NCBI RefSeq assembly: GCF_006345805.1
Contig: NC_043006.1
Location: forward strand, 82,274,001 to 82,338,000
Source: Octopus sinensis
Taxonomy: Eukaryota
Direction: 5' to 3'
DNA length: 64,000 nucleotides
How positions within the stretch are numbered: the first letter of the stretch is position 1; every line of letters begins with the position of its first letter. Below the pieces are notes generated by a model that worked only from the letters and a program-made list of their open reading frames with translations, was not told where the DNA came from and did no database searches. Made by a program: the position numbers and the translations under genes. This document shows, piece by piece, positions 37,077 through 51,749 of the stretch.

Positions 37077-40000
37077 AATGCGCCCTTTTAAAGCCTAGCC
37101 AGGCTCATAAGCCCAGTTTCAATGGCGTATGTGTTCCCCAGCGGGACGGGACGCCAGTCTATCCCAGCGTTACTCATTTTTGCCAGCTGAGTGGACTGGA
37201 GCAACGTGAAATGAAGTGTTTTGCTCAAGAACACAATGCATCGCCTGGTCCAGGAATCGAAACCACAATCTTACGATCATGATGCTGACACCCTAACCAC
37301 TAAGCCACGTGCCTCCACACACACATATATATATATATTCTGGCTAAATGCTAATCTCAGCATTCTCATCAGTTTCAGTGAGAGAGTGAAAGTGACAAGC
37401 CCTACAGTTTCTTGATTAAACCAAGAATATATTTATATATATATGTATGTATCATCATGGCAACAAAAGAATGAATGAGACCTCGATATTATGTAAACAG
37501 AGGAATTTATCTGTAAATGTAATGTGTGACAATTATTTGGTAGCCATGATAAAACTCCGATTTTCAGATGTTGGGGCAGAAATCTGCTCTGGCATCTCAT
37601 CAGTTATTAAGACAAACAAAAATGCTATGAAAATGACCGTATGTATATATATATTTATATATAAATGAATGCACATGGCTCAGTGGTTAGAGTGTCAGGT
37701 TCACAATTATGAGGTAGTGAGTTTTCTTGGACCAGGCAGTGTGTTCTGTTCTTGAGCAAGACACTTTATTTCACATTGCACCAATTCACTAGTCTGTAGA
37801 AATGAGTTGCAACATCACTGGTGCCAAGCTGTATTGGCCTTTGCCTTTCCCTTGGATAACATCGGTGGGATGTATGAGTGACTTCCATAAACAACCTTGC
37901 CTAAACTTGGGCCCTGAAGGGTAGCTTTCTAGGTCAATCTCATGGTCATTCCATGGGTCTGTCTAGGTCAATCCTATGGTCATCCAAGGTCAATCCCATG
38001 TTCATCATTATCATCATCATCACTAGTCAGTTTGGAGATACAAGAGAAGCTATGTGCCCAAAGTGCCATGCTGTGGGACTGAACCTGAAACCACACAATC
38101 ATGTCTGCACCTGTTAAACACACATACACATCATCATCATCATCCATCATTTTGATTCAGGCTTTGTCCTCGTTAACGGGAGTGGCTGGATTTACCTCAG
38201 TGCCATAGCAACCGTACTCACACCATCTTGCTCGGTTTTGGGCATCCATCCTTCTCAAGCCAACCCTTCCAATCTCCTCTTCCACCTGTCCCCTCCACAT
38301 TTTCCTTGGTTTACCTCACTTTCACTGTCTATTTACCTCAAACTCTAGCACCCTCTTCAGAACATGTTCCTCATCCCTCCTCAACACATGCCCATACCAC
38401 CGCACTCCATTCGTCCTTGCCAGCTGTTTCACTGATTCCTCCAACCCCAACATCCCCATCAAGTCCTCATTTCTCCTCTTATCAAACAGCCTCACACCAC
38501 ACATCTCTCTCACCATTGCTTTCTCAGTCCTTCTCAAAATTGCCACCTTGCTCACCCTCAAACACCATGTCTCACTCCCATACAGAATTGCAATGCATAT
38601 ATATTGTCATCCCCATCAGTTTAATGTCTATTTTTCCATGTTTGCATGTGTTAGATGAGACTATGTTGGGGCAGAGGTTTTCTATGGCTAGATAATACAA
38701 TATAGGATGCAACCGACACTATCTACACAGTGGGACTGAACTGCTAACCACAAAACCATATATAGTGGAGGTACAGGTATGGTTATATGGCTAAGCACTT
38801 GATTTTGCAACAACATGATTCTAGATTTTATCTTTCTGCACCACCCAAAAATGTCTTCTCCTGTTGTCTCATGTTGACTAATGCTTTATAAGTGTAACTT
38901 GGCACATGGAAACTTTATATATATATATATCACCATGACCAACCAGGCTATCAGAGGTTGCTACACATCGCTGGTCACAATGTGCTTCGCATTGTTTTAG
39001 CCTTCAAATAATGCCACCCTGCTGGCTAAGCGAGCAGATCAACAGAGGAAAGAGTGAGAGAAAGTTGTGGCAAAAATATACGGCAGGAATCGCCACCATC
39101 CCCTGCTGGAGCTTTGTGGAGCTTTAGGTGTTTTCGCTCAATAAACACTCACAACACACGGTCTGGGAATTGAAACCGCGATCCTATAAGTGCGAGTTCG
39201 CTGCCCTAACCACTGGGCCATTGCACCTCCACACACATATATATATAGTAAAAACAATTGATACAGAAGATTTTCTATCTTCCATGTCAATTGTTTCTAC
39301 TATACTCAACATGCACTGTGGAATTTCTAATATAGATCCAGCAATGATTGTACAATTACAGTGGATGACACCAGGTAGCCATAAGCAGTGAACATGCTTT
39401 GCTGGCACACTACTGGGGAGATACCCAAAATACAGTTTAAATTTTTAATTTTAACTTTAAATCTAAACTGTAATTATAACATATATGGTGCAGCTCCCCA
39501 GCTTACCAGTTTTCAGTCAAACTATCCAAACCGTGCCAGTATAGAAGGCAGACATTAAATGATGATGATGATGATGTGTATATTTGTGTGTCTGGATATA
39601 CATTAAATGTATTGACACCTGTAAAAATTGGTTAACTCATTCATTTGTTAAACAGAAATCACTAAAATAAGTAACAGATTAAGTAATGAGATCCATAGAA
39701 ATAATTGGTTAAATGGAAATTGTAGTTGTGATACCAGTGCCGGTGGCATGTAAGAGAACCATCTGAACATTGCCGTTGCCAGCGTTGCCCCGACTGGCCT
39801 CCATGCCGGTGGCACGTAAAAAGCACCATCCGATCGTGGCCGTTGCCAGCCTCGTTTGGCACGTAAAAAGTGCCCACTACACTCACGGAGTGGTTGGTGT
39901 TAGGAAGGGCATCTAGCTGTAGAAATATTGCCAGATCAGACTGGGCCTGGTGCAGCCTCCTGGCTTCCCAGACCCCAGTTGAATCGTCCAACCCATGCTA

Positions 40001-43000
40001 GCATGGAAAGCAGATGTTAAACGATGATGATGATGTCCCAACATGGTTGCAGTTTCACTGTCTGTAAATGGTGATCTTTGTTGTCAAATCCACATCAAAC
40101 AAATTGTCTGTTGACAGTGTGCTTCGAAAGTTGCGTAAAATAAAAAAATCCCAGACTCATAAAACAGTTGTGGATTACCTACAGAAAGAGCACCCAGCCG
40201 TAAAACAATGCCTCAGCATTATGTACTTGTCCAAGGTGGCAAGCCAGCAGAATCATTTGTATGTCGGGCAAAATGCCTTAGCAGCATTTTGTCTGTCTTA
40301 ACATTCTGAGTTCAAATCTCGTCAAGGTCGGCTTTGCCTTTCATCCCCTACAGGGTTGATAAAATAAGTTGAGCACTGGAGTAGGTGTAATTGATCTAAG
40401 GTCAAAATTACTGACCTTATGCCAAAATTTGAAACCAATATTATATACTTTCAGTTCCCATTTACCAAATTCATTCAGAAGGCTTTGGTCGGCCAGAGGC
40501 TGTAGTATAGTCTAACAGTGCTAGCATGGAAAATAGGATGTAAAAGAATGAATAAATGTATATCGTATATCGTTATCAACATCACCATTTAGTATCCACT
40601 TTTCCATGGTTGCATAACTCAGATAAAATTCATTGTGGTAAATTTTCCACAGTCAGACACCCGTCCTAACACCAAAGCCTATCTTTTTCCAAGCAAGATA
40701 ACATTTCCCTTAACAAAACATGTTTTACGTGGAAGACTAGAGATAATCAACACCCTTCAGGGTAGTGCTCTAGCAAAAATATAATAGCACCACCTTGAAG
40801 GGTTTGGTCAAACAAATCAATCCCAGTACTTAATTTTTAAGTCTTGCACTTATTTTATCAGTCTATTTTACTGAACTGCTAAGTTATGGGGATGTAAATA
40901 AACCAACATTTGTTGTCAAGCAGTGTACGTGTGTGTGTGGAAAACAACCACAAACACAAAAACATGCTTACACACACACACACACACATACATGACAAGC
41001 TTCCACACAGTTTTTGTCTAGCAAATTCATTCACATGGCATTGGTCAGCCTGGGGCTACAGTAAAAGACACTTGCCCAAGGTGCCAGACAGTGGAACTGC
41101 ACCTGGAAATATGTACTTGCAAAGTGATCTTCTTAATTACAGAATCATGTCTGTGCCTTTTGGTTCCTAAGCAGAGAACCAAGCACCTGCCTCAAAAAAC
41201 ACAGCAAGAATTTTTAAGATATATATGTGCCGGTGGCACATAAAAAGCACCATCTGAACGTGGCCAATGCCAGCGCCACCATGACTGGCTTCTGTGCCAG
41301 TGGCACGTAAAAAGCACCAACCAATCGTGGCCACTGCCTACCTCCCTGGCACTTGTGCTGGTGGCACGTAAAAAGCACCCACTACACTCATGGAGTGGTT
41401 GGTGTTAGGAAGGGCATCCAGCTGTAGAAACACTGCCAGATCAGACTGAAGCTTGGTGCAGCCTCCTGGCTTCCCAGACCCCGGTCGGACCGTCCAACCC
41501 GTGCTAGCATGGAAAATGGACATTAAACGATGATGATGGTGATGATGATATATACATAAGTCCATTCTGTAATGTGGTTGGCCGTAAAAACCCAGCCAAA
41601 ATAGACAGTGAAGCCTGGTGCAGTCTTCTACCTAGCAAACATTGGTCAAACCATCCAATCCATGCCAGCATGGAAAACAGATGTTAAATGATGAAGATGA
41701 TATCTAAGCAAGAAAACTAAGCTACATGCTAACAGCTTACCTGCCTGAACAAAAAGGACCGGCTGTGGACGTATACCTCCCAAAATTCCAAGCCAGGATT
41801 ATGTTGCTTTAGAGCAGTCCTGCCGAGTTTTATTTCGATTGAGACAGTTCTCATGGGTGACTCATTTTTCTCTCGTAGTGACTTGACTGTCGTAAAAGCA
41901 GTGAAGTCATGAGTTCCAACCATTGCTTCAGCAGCACTCATGAATTTCCTCATGTCTATGGGTCTCCTAGGTGTAAACACATAAATAAAAATAAATTCAG
42001 AAATAAATAGTTATTTTCCAATCAAAATTTCTTATCTAACAAATCGCATTTTAAATTATAGCATTTAACTCTTTAGCATTTTAACTGGCCATATCCAGTT
42101 CTATGTTCAAACTGGCCAGATCTGGCCTCTCACACCTATGTGACAATGTCATTCAAATCATAAACAATCACATCTTCAAAATCTCAAAACAAAAGATAGT
42201 GCATGATTAATTCAAAACAATGTGAATGAATAAGTATTAAATTCAAAAGAGTAATCTGAATGCTAAAAGGTTAAAATACAAAAACTAGAAAAAAAAAAAA
42301 GAAAAAGAAAAAAGAAAAATGGTGGGGGGTAGAGCAGTGGAAGATGGAGGGAGAGGGAGCAATGGGCCACAAACTCCAGAACAAATGGCATGTTCTGCAG
42401 GAATGGTCACGATGACGTTGCAGCGGAGAATTATCAGCAACACTCACTGCAGCAACCGCTCCAGCTCACAGAGATCATTTCTCAAATTGGTCAGAATTTT
42501 TAAGCCTTATTATTTGTTATTATATCAACACTGTTTGCATTGCAAAAGACTGGCTCTTCCAATTCAGCTGCGACATATTCCAAGTATAACATCTATTAAC
42601 CTGTTTGATACCAACTAACCTGAGACCACCCCTGGTTCTAAGATACAATTTCCTTACAATTTCTGAGATAAGGAATTCATATTATGTATACTGGTGTCCT
42701 CATTGTGATTGTTGCAACAATCAAGATGAGGACAGCAGACCTCCTAATATAAACAGTATACATATTACAATTTCCCTATTTTAAAGTGATTTAAATGCAA
42801 AACCTCCCAGCAAAATAATTTAAGTTATAAAAATTATAATGTCATATAATGGCAAAGTTATTTTATTGAGTTCTTCATTCTTTTCAAAATTAATTGTAAC
42901 AAAGACAGTGTATTTCAACAGAAGCATGTTCCCAGTCAAGATGGCGAGCTGGCAGGCACATTAGCGCACCAGGCAAAATGCTTAGCGGTATATTGTCTGT

Positions 43001-44031
43001 CTTTATGTTCTGAGTTCAAATTCCGCTGAGGTTGACTTTGCCTTTCATCTTTCCAGGGTCAATTAAATGAGTACCAGTTACGTACTGAGGTTGATATAAT
43101 CGACTTAATTCGTTTGTCCCTTCTGTGTTTAGCCCCTTGTGGGTAGTAAAGAAATAGGTATTTCGTCTGTCTTTATGTTCTGAGTTCAAATTCCACTGAG
43201 GCTGACGTTGCCTTTCATCTTTTCGGGGTCGATAAATTAAGTACCAGTTGTGCACTGGGGTCGACTGGTCCCTTCCCCCAAAATTTCGGGCCTTGTACCT
43301 AGAGTAGAAAAAATAGAAAAGAACATGTTCCCAGTCTCTAATGCCATGGCTGTTGCTCAAAGGAAAGGCAAGGTCCAATACAGCTCAGGTCAATGCAGTC
43401 CAAAAAAAAACTTGAAATGCAAAAAGTTGTTCAATGTATTAATGATTCCATCAACCCACTGATTTAACTGGTACTTTATTTTATCAATCCTGGAAGGATG
43501 AATGGCAAGACTGACTCTGACAGAATTTGAACTGAGTTTGTAAAGAACTGAAACAAACACTGTAAGACAAATCTGCTTGATGCTCTCGTGATTCAGCCAG
43601 TCCAGCGCCTCGTGTACAAGAACTAAAAACTGATTATGAAGAAGGAAAATATTGTTGCTTAGTCTCAGGTTAATCTTAATAGAGCAGATTATGATCAAAA
43701 GCATTCCAGCCATAACCATCTTGCCTTTTTAAGAGTTTCCAAGACTACGTTATTCAACAAGTCCTTCTTTTCTTATGATAATAAGGTGTAACCTGAAGAT
43801 GAATGGTTGCTATTTCTAACAAGTACATAGATGCTCTGGGAATTAGGTGGGTGGTTGTATGAATACCAAGCCTTACAATTTACTCCACTGGCTACAACTA
43901 AAAGAAATAGCAACCTAATTGTCCTCAAATTACACCCTATTGGAGGAGGAGAAGTGGAAGATGTGACAAATAAGAATAAGACATATGAGAGAGGATAGTG
44001 ACACAGACATGATGGAGACATGATAGTGAGA

Positions 44032-44068
<37 letters not shown>

Positions 44069-47000
44069 AAGATCTGAATGTATCTTACCAAATAATGAAT
44101 GCATTATTTTTCTCCAAGATAGTTAATGCAGAGTAACCAGTTTGGGGTGCTATTTCTTTAAAGGGAACAGCAACACGGTACATGTAGGAACGTTTTTTAA
44201 TCTGACGTCGGCAATGAAAGTCATCATTTACTCTGAGGACATTGGTGATCCTAAAATTAAGAATTTTACAAGGTACAAGTTCTTCAGGGAAAGAAAGAAA
44301 GAAAGAAAAAAAGAAACTAACAAACCAATAAATCAACCACATCAATCCCCATATTTATTTTATTGATCTCTGGCAAGAGTTTAAATTTACCAAAGTTACT
44401 TCCCTTATACAGCGATATTTACACCAATTCACATCGTTTTAACGTCCACTTCTTCATGCTTGCAGGAGTCAGACAAAGTTTGTTGGAGCAGGTTTTTGAA
44501 GGCCAGATGCATACCAGCTTCCCCTTTCCACGTCACCGATGTTATCCAAGGGAAAGGCAAAGGCTGATACACCTTGGCACCAGTGACATCGCAACAGCTG
44601 GGTGAACTGAAGCAACATGAAATAAGGTGTTTTGCTCAAGGACACATCACTCAGCCGAGTCCAGGAATCAAACTCACTACCTCATGATTGTGAGCCAAAC
44701 ACTCTAACCACTGAGCCATGCACCTTCACATGTAGGAGTACAACCAGTTTATAGCACATAAGTTTTAACAACGAAATCTTATATAGACCCCCACCCCCAA
44801 GGGGTATGGGGACTCCAGGTGACAGCCACTGGTCTAGAATGGCATCTGGAATGTTTGGTAATGACAATGAGAATTTATCATACTTAGTGCATTAGTTGCA
44901 GAATGTGAAGGGGAATATAACCCATATGGAACTCGAAACTAGATTTATGTACATTGAGATTATTTCTCATCCAGAATGCTGGAACATTAGTAGAGAGATT
45001 TGATGAGGAAAAAAAAAATGAAAAAAAAAAAAATGAAAAAAAAAAAAGAAACTAACCGTATTGTTTCTTTCTTTTTCCTTAACCAATAGTTCATTCCATT
45101 TTTCAAAAATTGTGGGTCATATTCACAATCTTCATTCCTTTAAAATAAACAGAAACAAAAATATTACACAAAATCAAATTTTTTTTTACCAAATAATACT
45201 TTAAAAGACATAAAATATCACCATTCTGAAGCACAATGATAATTACCGTGATGCATCTGCATCATTTACTGGTGGTCATTATATCTTCTTTTGTGATATA
45301 TTATATTTATATTTCTTTACTACCCACAAGGGGCTAAACATAGAGGGGACAAACAAGGACAGACATAGGTATTAAGTCGATTACATCGACCCCAGTGCGT
45401 AACTGGTACTTAATTTATCGACCCCGAAAGGATGAAAGGCAAAGTCGACCTCGGCGGAATTTGAACTCACAACATAACGGCAGACGAAATACGGCTACGC
45501 ATTTCGCCCGGCGTGCTAACGTTTCTGCCAGCTCGCCGCCTTATCTAGTATATACCGCCACTTTTAATATGGTAGTGTAAGATAGTAATTGCTTTGGACT
45601 TGTGATTGTAAGACTGTAATTTCAATTGTAATGTGTTGTGTCCTTGAGCAAAAATACTTCATTTCACATTGCTCCAGTCCACTCTGACCAGGGAGGAATA
45701 TACATGCTAGAGAAACAGGGAAACCGACCCTATGCACCTTACGGAGTAATGTGGACTAAACCCATTAGTCGCTTTGGACGCCTTTGTAACTCTTACCACC
45801 AACCAAACAGCAAACTTCATGAAAGGACAACCCTGCCCTTCCTACTTACCCACATAATGAAGAAGCTTTTGTGTCGGGCTGTATCAGATCACTGCCTTTT
45901 TATATATTTCTTTACTACCCACAAGGGGCTAAACATAGAGGGGACAAACAAAGACAGACAAAGGGATTAAGTCGATTACACCGACCCCAGTGTGAAACTG
46001 GTACTTTATTTATCGACCCCGAAAGGATGAAACGCAAAGTCTACCTTGGCGGAATTTGAACTCAGAACGTAACAGCAGACGAAATACCGCTAAGCATTTC
46101 GCCCGGCGCGCTAACGTTTCTGCCAGCACGCTGCCTTTTTATAATTAAGTCTTCCTGTTACCATTGAAGGAATATACAAATGAGACATGGAGCTTGCATG
46201 ACACATTGCAAGCTCCTTGTAGAGACTGGTAGAAGAGGGGATTCTTTAATTCTCCTTACATAACATCCTAGAGCAATTAAATTCACTCAGTATACTTTGT
46301 AATGTGGCTGATAAGAAAAAAGCATACAGCCATAGAAAACATGTAAAAATGAAATGTATGAGCAACCTGCATCAAGAATAAAATGATTGAGTGCAGCTGT
46401 TTGGATGATGGCAATCTGGCATGGCCAAATGGGCATTCAGCCAGTTTCGGTAGTAATATCTTTTGGTGCTGGAGACAAATATGCACACACACACACATGA
46501 ATGCATGTGTGTTCAGAGAGAGTGAGGGTAGGAAGGACATTATAACTTAATTGAAAACAACTGAGAAAGACTTTCCCTCTCTTCATACACATAAAATAAT
46601 ATTGATTTCAAATTTTGGCATAAGGCCAGCAATTTTAGAGGATGGGTAAGTCAATTACATTGACCCCCAGTATTCAACTGGTACTTATTTTATCAACCCT
46701 AAATGGATGAAAGGCAAAGTCAACCTCAGTGGAGTTTGAACTCAGAACATAAAGACAAATGAAAGGCCACTAAATATTTTGTCCAGTGCACTAACAACTC
46801 TGCCAGCTCCCCAATAATAATAATTCTTTCTACTATAGGCACAAGGCCTGAAACTTTGTGGGAGGGGACTAATTGATTACATTGACCCCAGTATTTCACT
46901 GGTACTTGATTTATTGACCCCCAAAAGGATGGAAGGTAAATTCTACCTCAGTGGAACATGCAGACAGACGAAATGCCACTAAGTATTTATCCCAGCATGC

Positions 47001-49205
47001 TAACAATTCTGCCAGCTCACAGCCTCATAATAACAATAATAATAATAATAAATAATAACAATTTGGCCTTCACTTTATCACCATCTTAAATCAGCTTACC
47101 ACACTTATTTTTCTCCAAGACAGGTTAGAAGTCCACAAATTGCTCATTTTAATTTGGCTTTGTTTTTATGGCTGGTTGCCCTTTGCATCATCAATCGTCC
47201 ATGTTACTGGTTTCATTTTACCAGGGTACCAACAGTAGACATAGTGTAAAAATAAATGTTAGCTAGACTTTGTATCTTATAGCAGTTTCACTAAATCAAA
47301 CGTTCAAATGGACTGTAACGGTGGCACCAAAATTTTTTTTTAGAAGCTAGATATATTGGATGGGAGAGATGGAATGACAGTAGCAGCGGTACACAATAAG
47401 TCGATAATAGAGTACTCACTTGCGGAGAAGATCACAATGCATTGTATTCTGAAAGGCATGAACACCTGCATCTGTACGACTGGAAATACAAGACTTCACA
47501 ACATTTCTAGGATTCAGTGATTTCAAGGCAATCTGAAAATTAAGGACATCTAATTAGCATTCAATTAGAAGTAATTAGCAGGTTTGTATACTTAGAAGAA
47601 AGGTTAGTTTTAGTTGGTTAGTTAGTTAGTTAATTTTTGGCTCAAAAAGCAAAGAGCAATGCCATGTGGGGGACATGGAGTTATGTACAGGGTGGTGTTC
47701 ATGTAAAAAATTCAGGCCACTTGTGGTCAAGGGAGACTTTGAACCGAGCGGTCGTCAGCATCTTCACCATCTTGTCCGGCAGCTTATTCCACGGATCTGC
47801 AACCCGGACGGAGAAAGCCCCTCTCCTTCGATTGAGATGAAATCGTCGGAGATAGAGCTCTTCGGAGTGACCCCGCAGCCGACGCTCTGGAGCAGGAATG
47901 AAGAACAGTTCTTTCGAGAGGTTACACTTTCCGCTTATGATGTTGTGAGCAAGAATGAGATCACCACGGTGTCGTCGTTTTTCTAAAGGATAAAGGTCGA
48001 GCGTCTTCAGCCTGTCTTCATAAGACAAATTCTTGAGACCAAGAACCATGCGGGTAGCCAGCTTCTGGACTCTTTTGAGATGCTGTATGTCTTTGAGGAG
48101 ATAAAGGGAAGAGGCTTGAATCCCATACTCCAATGTGGGTCTCACCAGCGTGACATAGAGCGGTAGGAATATGGCTGCTGTGAGCATTCCGAATGACCAT
48201 CGAATCAAGAACAGAACTCCGCGTGCTTTGTTGGCAGTATGGACGCACTGGGCCGAAGGCGAAAAGGAGGAATCCGCCAAGATACCCAGGTCCTTTACCT
48301 GGTCGGTCCTCTCCAGCAGCAGACGACCCGGCTCGAAATCAAATTGAGTTGCAGGAGGAGAGCCAACAGGCAGATGACAGCACTTTGACACGTTCAGACA
48401 CAGGTCCCATTCGTTAGACCATCTCCAAATTTGGTGGAGGCATCGACGAAGATCCTCTATATCACCACGAGGAGCGACCTGTTTGACATCGTCGGTAAAT
48501 AGAAGGGTGTGTTGCGTGAGGTCGTCGGGCAAGTCATTTATGAAGACTAAGAACAATAAGGGCCCAAGCACTGAACCTTGAGTCAGTCATTATTAGTAAA
48601 TACTAAAAATATGTATTTATAATTGCACTCTCTTGCACACAGATATATATAGCATATACTGAACAGCATTTAAGAGCCAAAGAGTGGTTACCAACAGTTT
48701 CAAAGACACTGTCAATAAAATTATTCCATATAATACTATAATATTATTCCTATAATAATAGGCGCAGGAGTGGCTGTGTGCTTACCAACCACATGGTTCT
48801 GGGTTCAGTCCCATTGCGTGGCATCTTGGGCAAGTGCCTTTTACTATAGCCTCGGACCGACCAAAGCCTTGTGAGTGGATTTGGTAGATGGAAACTGAAA
48901 GAAGCCCATCGTATATATGTATATGTATGTATATATATATATATATATATGTGTGTGTTTGGGTTCGTCCCCCTAGCATTGCTTGACAGCCAATGCTGGT
49001 GAGTTTATATCCCTGTCACTTAGCGGTTCGGCAGAAGAGACCGATAGAATAAGTACTAGGCTTACAAAGAATAAGTCCTGGGGTCAATTTGCTCGACTAA
49101 AGGTGGTGCCCCAGCATGGCCACAGTCAAATGACTGAAACAAGCAAAAGAGTAATACACTCATACACAAAATTAGCTTCAACTCAGTTCCTGTTGATCAA
49201 ATTTC

Positions 49206-49238
<33 letters not shown>

Positions 49239-51243
49239 GCCAGGATCCCTGGTCTGGTGGTACATAAAAAGCACTATCCGACTCGTGGCCGATGCCAGCG
49301 CCGCCTCGACTGGCTTCCGTGCCGGTGGCACATAAAATACACCAATCCGACCGTGGCCGTTGCCAGCCTTGCCTGGCACCTGTGCAGGTGGCACGTAAAA
49401 AGCACCCACTACACTCACGGAGTGGTTGGCGTTAGGAAGGGCATCCAGCTGTAGAAACATTGCCAGATAAGACTGGAGCCTGGTGCAGCCTTCTGGCTTC
49501 CCAGATCCCCGGTCGAACCGTCCAACCCATGCTAGCATGGAGAACGGACGTTAAACGGTGATGATGATATATATATATATATATATATATGATAAGAATA
49601 GGATAGAAAAAGTTCAGAGAGCTTTTACCTTTGTTGGTAATAAAAGGCCTCTACCTCAGAGTGAAAGGCAGATTGGATGATGCCTGTGAGTGAACAGCCA
49701 AGCTACACGGCAGTGACACATGGGCTGTGACTGCAGAAGACATGCGAAGGCTTGACAGAAATGAAGCTAGTATGCTTCATTGAATGTGCAATGTCAGTGT
49801 GCATGTATGACAGAGTGTAAATGTCTTGAGAGAAAAATTGGGCAGAAGAGGCATGGGAGGTGATATGCAAGAGAGGTATCTGTGCTGGCATGGTTATGTG
49901 ATGCATATGGATTAGGACAGCCGTGTAAAGAAGTACCAATTGCTAACTGTTGAGAGAAACTGTGGAAGAGATAGATCCAGGAAGACATGGGATGAGATGA
50001 TGAAGCATGATCTTCAGATAATGGGTCTCATAGAGGTGATGACAAATCATGGAGAATTTTGGCAATTTGCAGTGCTCGAGAAGACATGTCAAGCAGTGCC
50101 AATGACATGTTAAAGTCACTTGTACCGGGTGCCAGTGATATGTAGAAGGCACCTACTACACTCATGCAGTGGTTGGCATTAGGAAGGACATCCAGCTGTA
50201 GAAACTAAGCCAAATCAGACTAGAGCCTGGTACAGCTCTCTGGCTTACCAGGCCCAGACAAAGCATCTAACCCATACCAGCATGGAAAAACGGACACTAA
50301 ATGATGATGATGATGGTGATGATATAAAAGATTTTGTATCATCCCCAGTATACAAACCTGCTATAACAGAGATCTAGGTAATCTTAAGGTGAGCTCCAAA
50401 GTGGAAATCCATAGGCACAAGCATGGCTGTGTGGTAAGAAGTTTGCTTTTCAACCACATGGTTCCAGGTTCAGTCCCACTGTGTGGCACCTTGAGCAAGA
50501 GTCTTCTACTATTGCTTTGGGTCGTCCAAAGCCTTGTGAGTGGATTTGGTAGATAGAAACTGAAAGAAGCCTGTCGTATATATATATGTGTGTGTGTGTG
50601 TGTGAGTCTATCATCACTTGACAACTGGTGCTGGTGTGTTTACATCCCTATAACTTAGTGGTTCGGCAAAAAAGAGCAACAGAATAAGTACTAGGCTTGA
50701 CATAGAAGTCCTTGAGTCAATTTGTTTGACTTAAAGCCCTGTAAGTTGGTGCTCCAGCATGGCTGCAGTCAAATGACTGAAACAAATAAAAGAATTAAAA
50801 GAAATAGTATGTTTCCACAGAGGGATATACAAAAAAAGCATAAATAATGGGCTTTGGGCAAATCAAAAACAGCCATAAATCTACAATTTACAAATAAATA
50901 AATGTATAAAGCCCATTATTTATGGCTCTTCTTGTATATCACTCTGTGAAAACAGACCATATTAACTTGGTAATGTAACTGTAGAATTACAAAATTGACT
51001 GGTGATGGACTTCAGCTTTGCATTTTGCCTAAGAGTTCTATAGAAATCAGAATCCCTTTTGTTAGTGAATTTGTGTTGGCAGAGAGCTTAAGAATTATTT
51101 TGCCTGAATTGATAATACCTTATTAATAACCCTTTACTCACACACACACACACGTGTGTATATAATTTTTATAATCTTAGATAAGGAGGATAGACTGAAC
51201 AAAGCTACAAAACTGCAATATTAGCCTTGCTTCCTTCGCTAAT

Positions 51244-51294
<51 letters not shown>

Positions 51295-51703
51295 TCATCA
51301 TTTAATGTCCGCTTTCCATGCTACCATGGGTTGGACGATTTGACTGAGGACTGGCGAACCAGATGGCTGATCTGCCAGAGTTTCAACAGCTGGATGCCCT
51401 TCCTAACGCCAACTACTCCGAGAGTGTAGTGGGTGCTTTTCGATGCCACTGGCATGAGGGCCAGTCTGGCGGTACTGGCAATGGCCATGCTCAAATAGCA
51501 TTTTTTACGTGCCACCTGCATAACAGCCAGTCCAGTGGCACTGGCAATGACCTCGCTCAAATGTTTTTTCACATGCCATATATACTCAGAGTTTTATCTT
51601 GGCTACTGAATAATTGTCACATATTATTTTACAGAGAAATTCCTCTATTTACACAATATTGAGGTCTCTTTCTTTCTTTTGTTATCTTACTGTTATTACT
51701 TAT

Positions 51704-51749
<46 letters not shown>

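Noticed and set aside
46189-46216. 10-bp hairpin ggagcttgca/tgcaagctcc (and a similar short one near 24500-24533)
   Set aside because: Short, with no context supporting function.
46370-46468. Candidate PUSL1 exon (..NWLNAHL..)
   Set aside because: Hits a stop with no GT donor; exon 45057-45137 fits phase and motif better.
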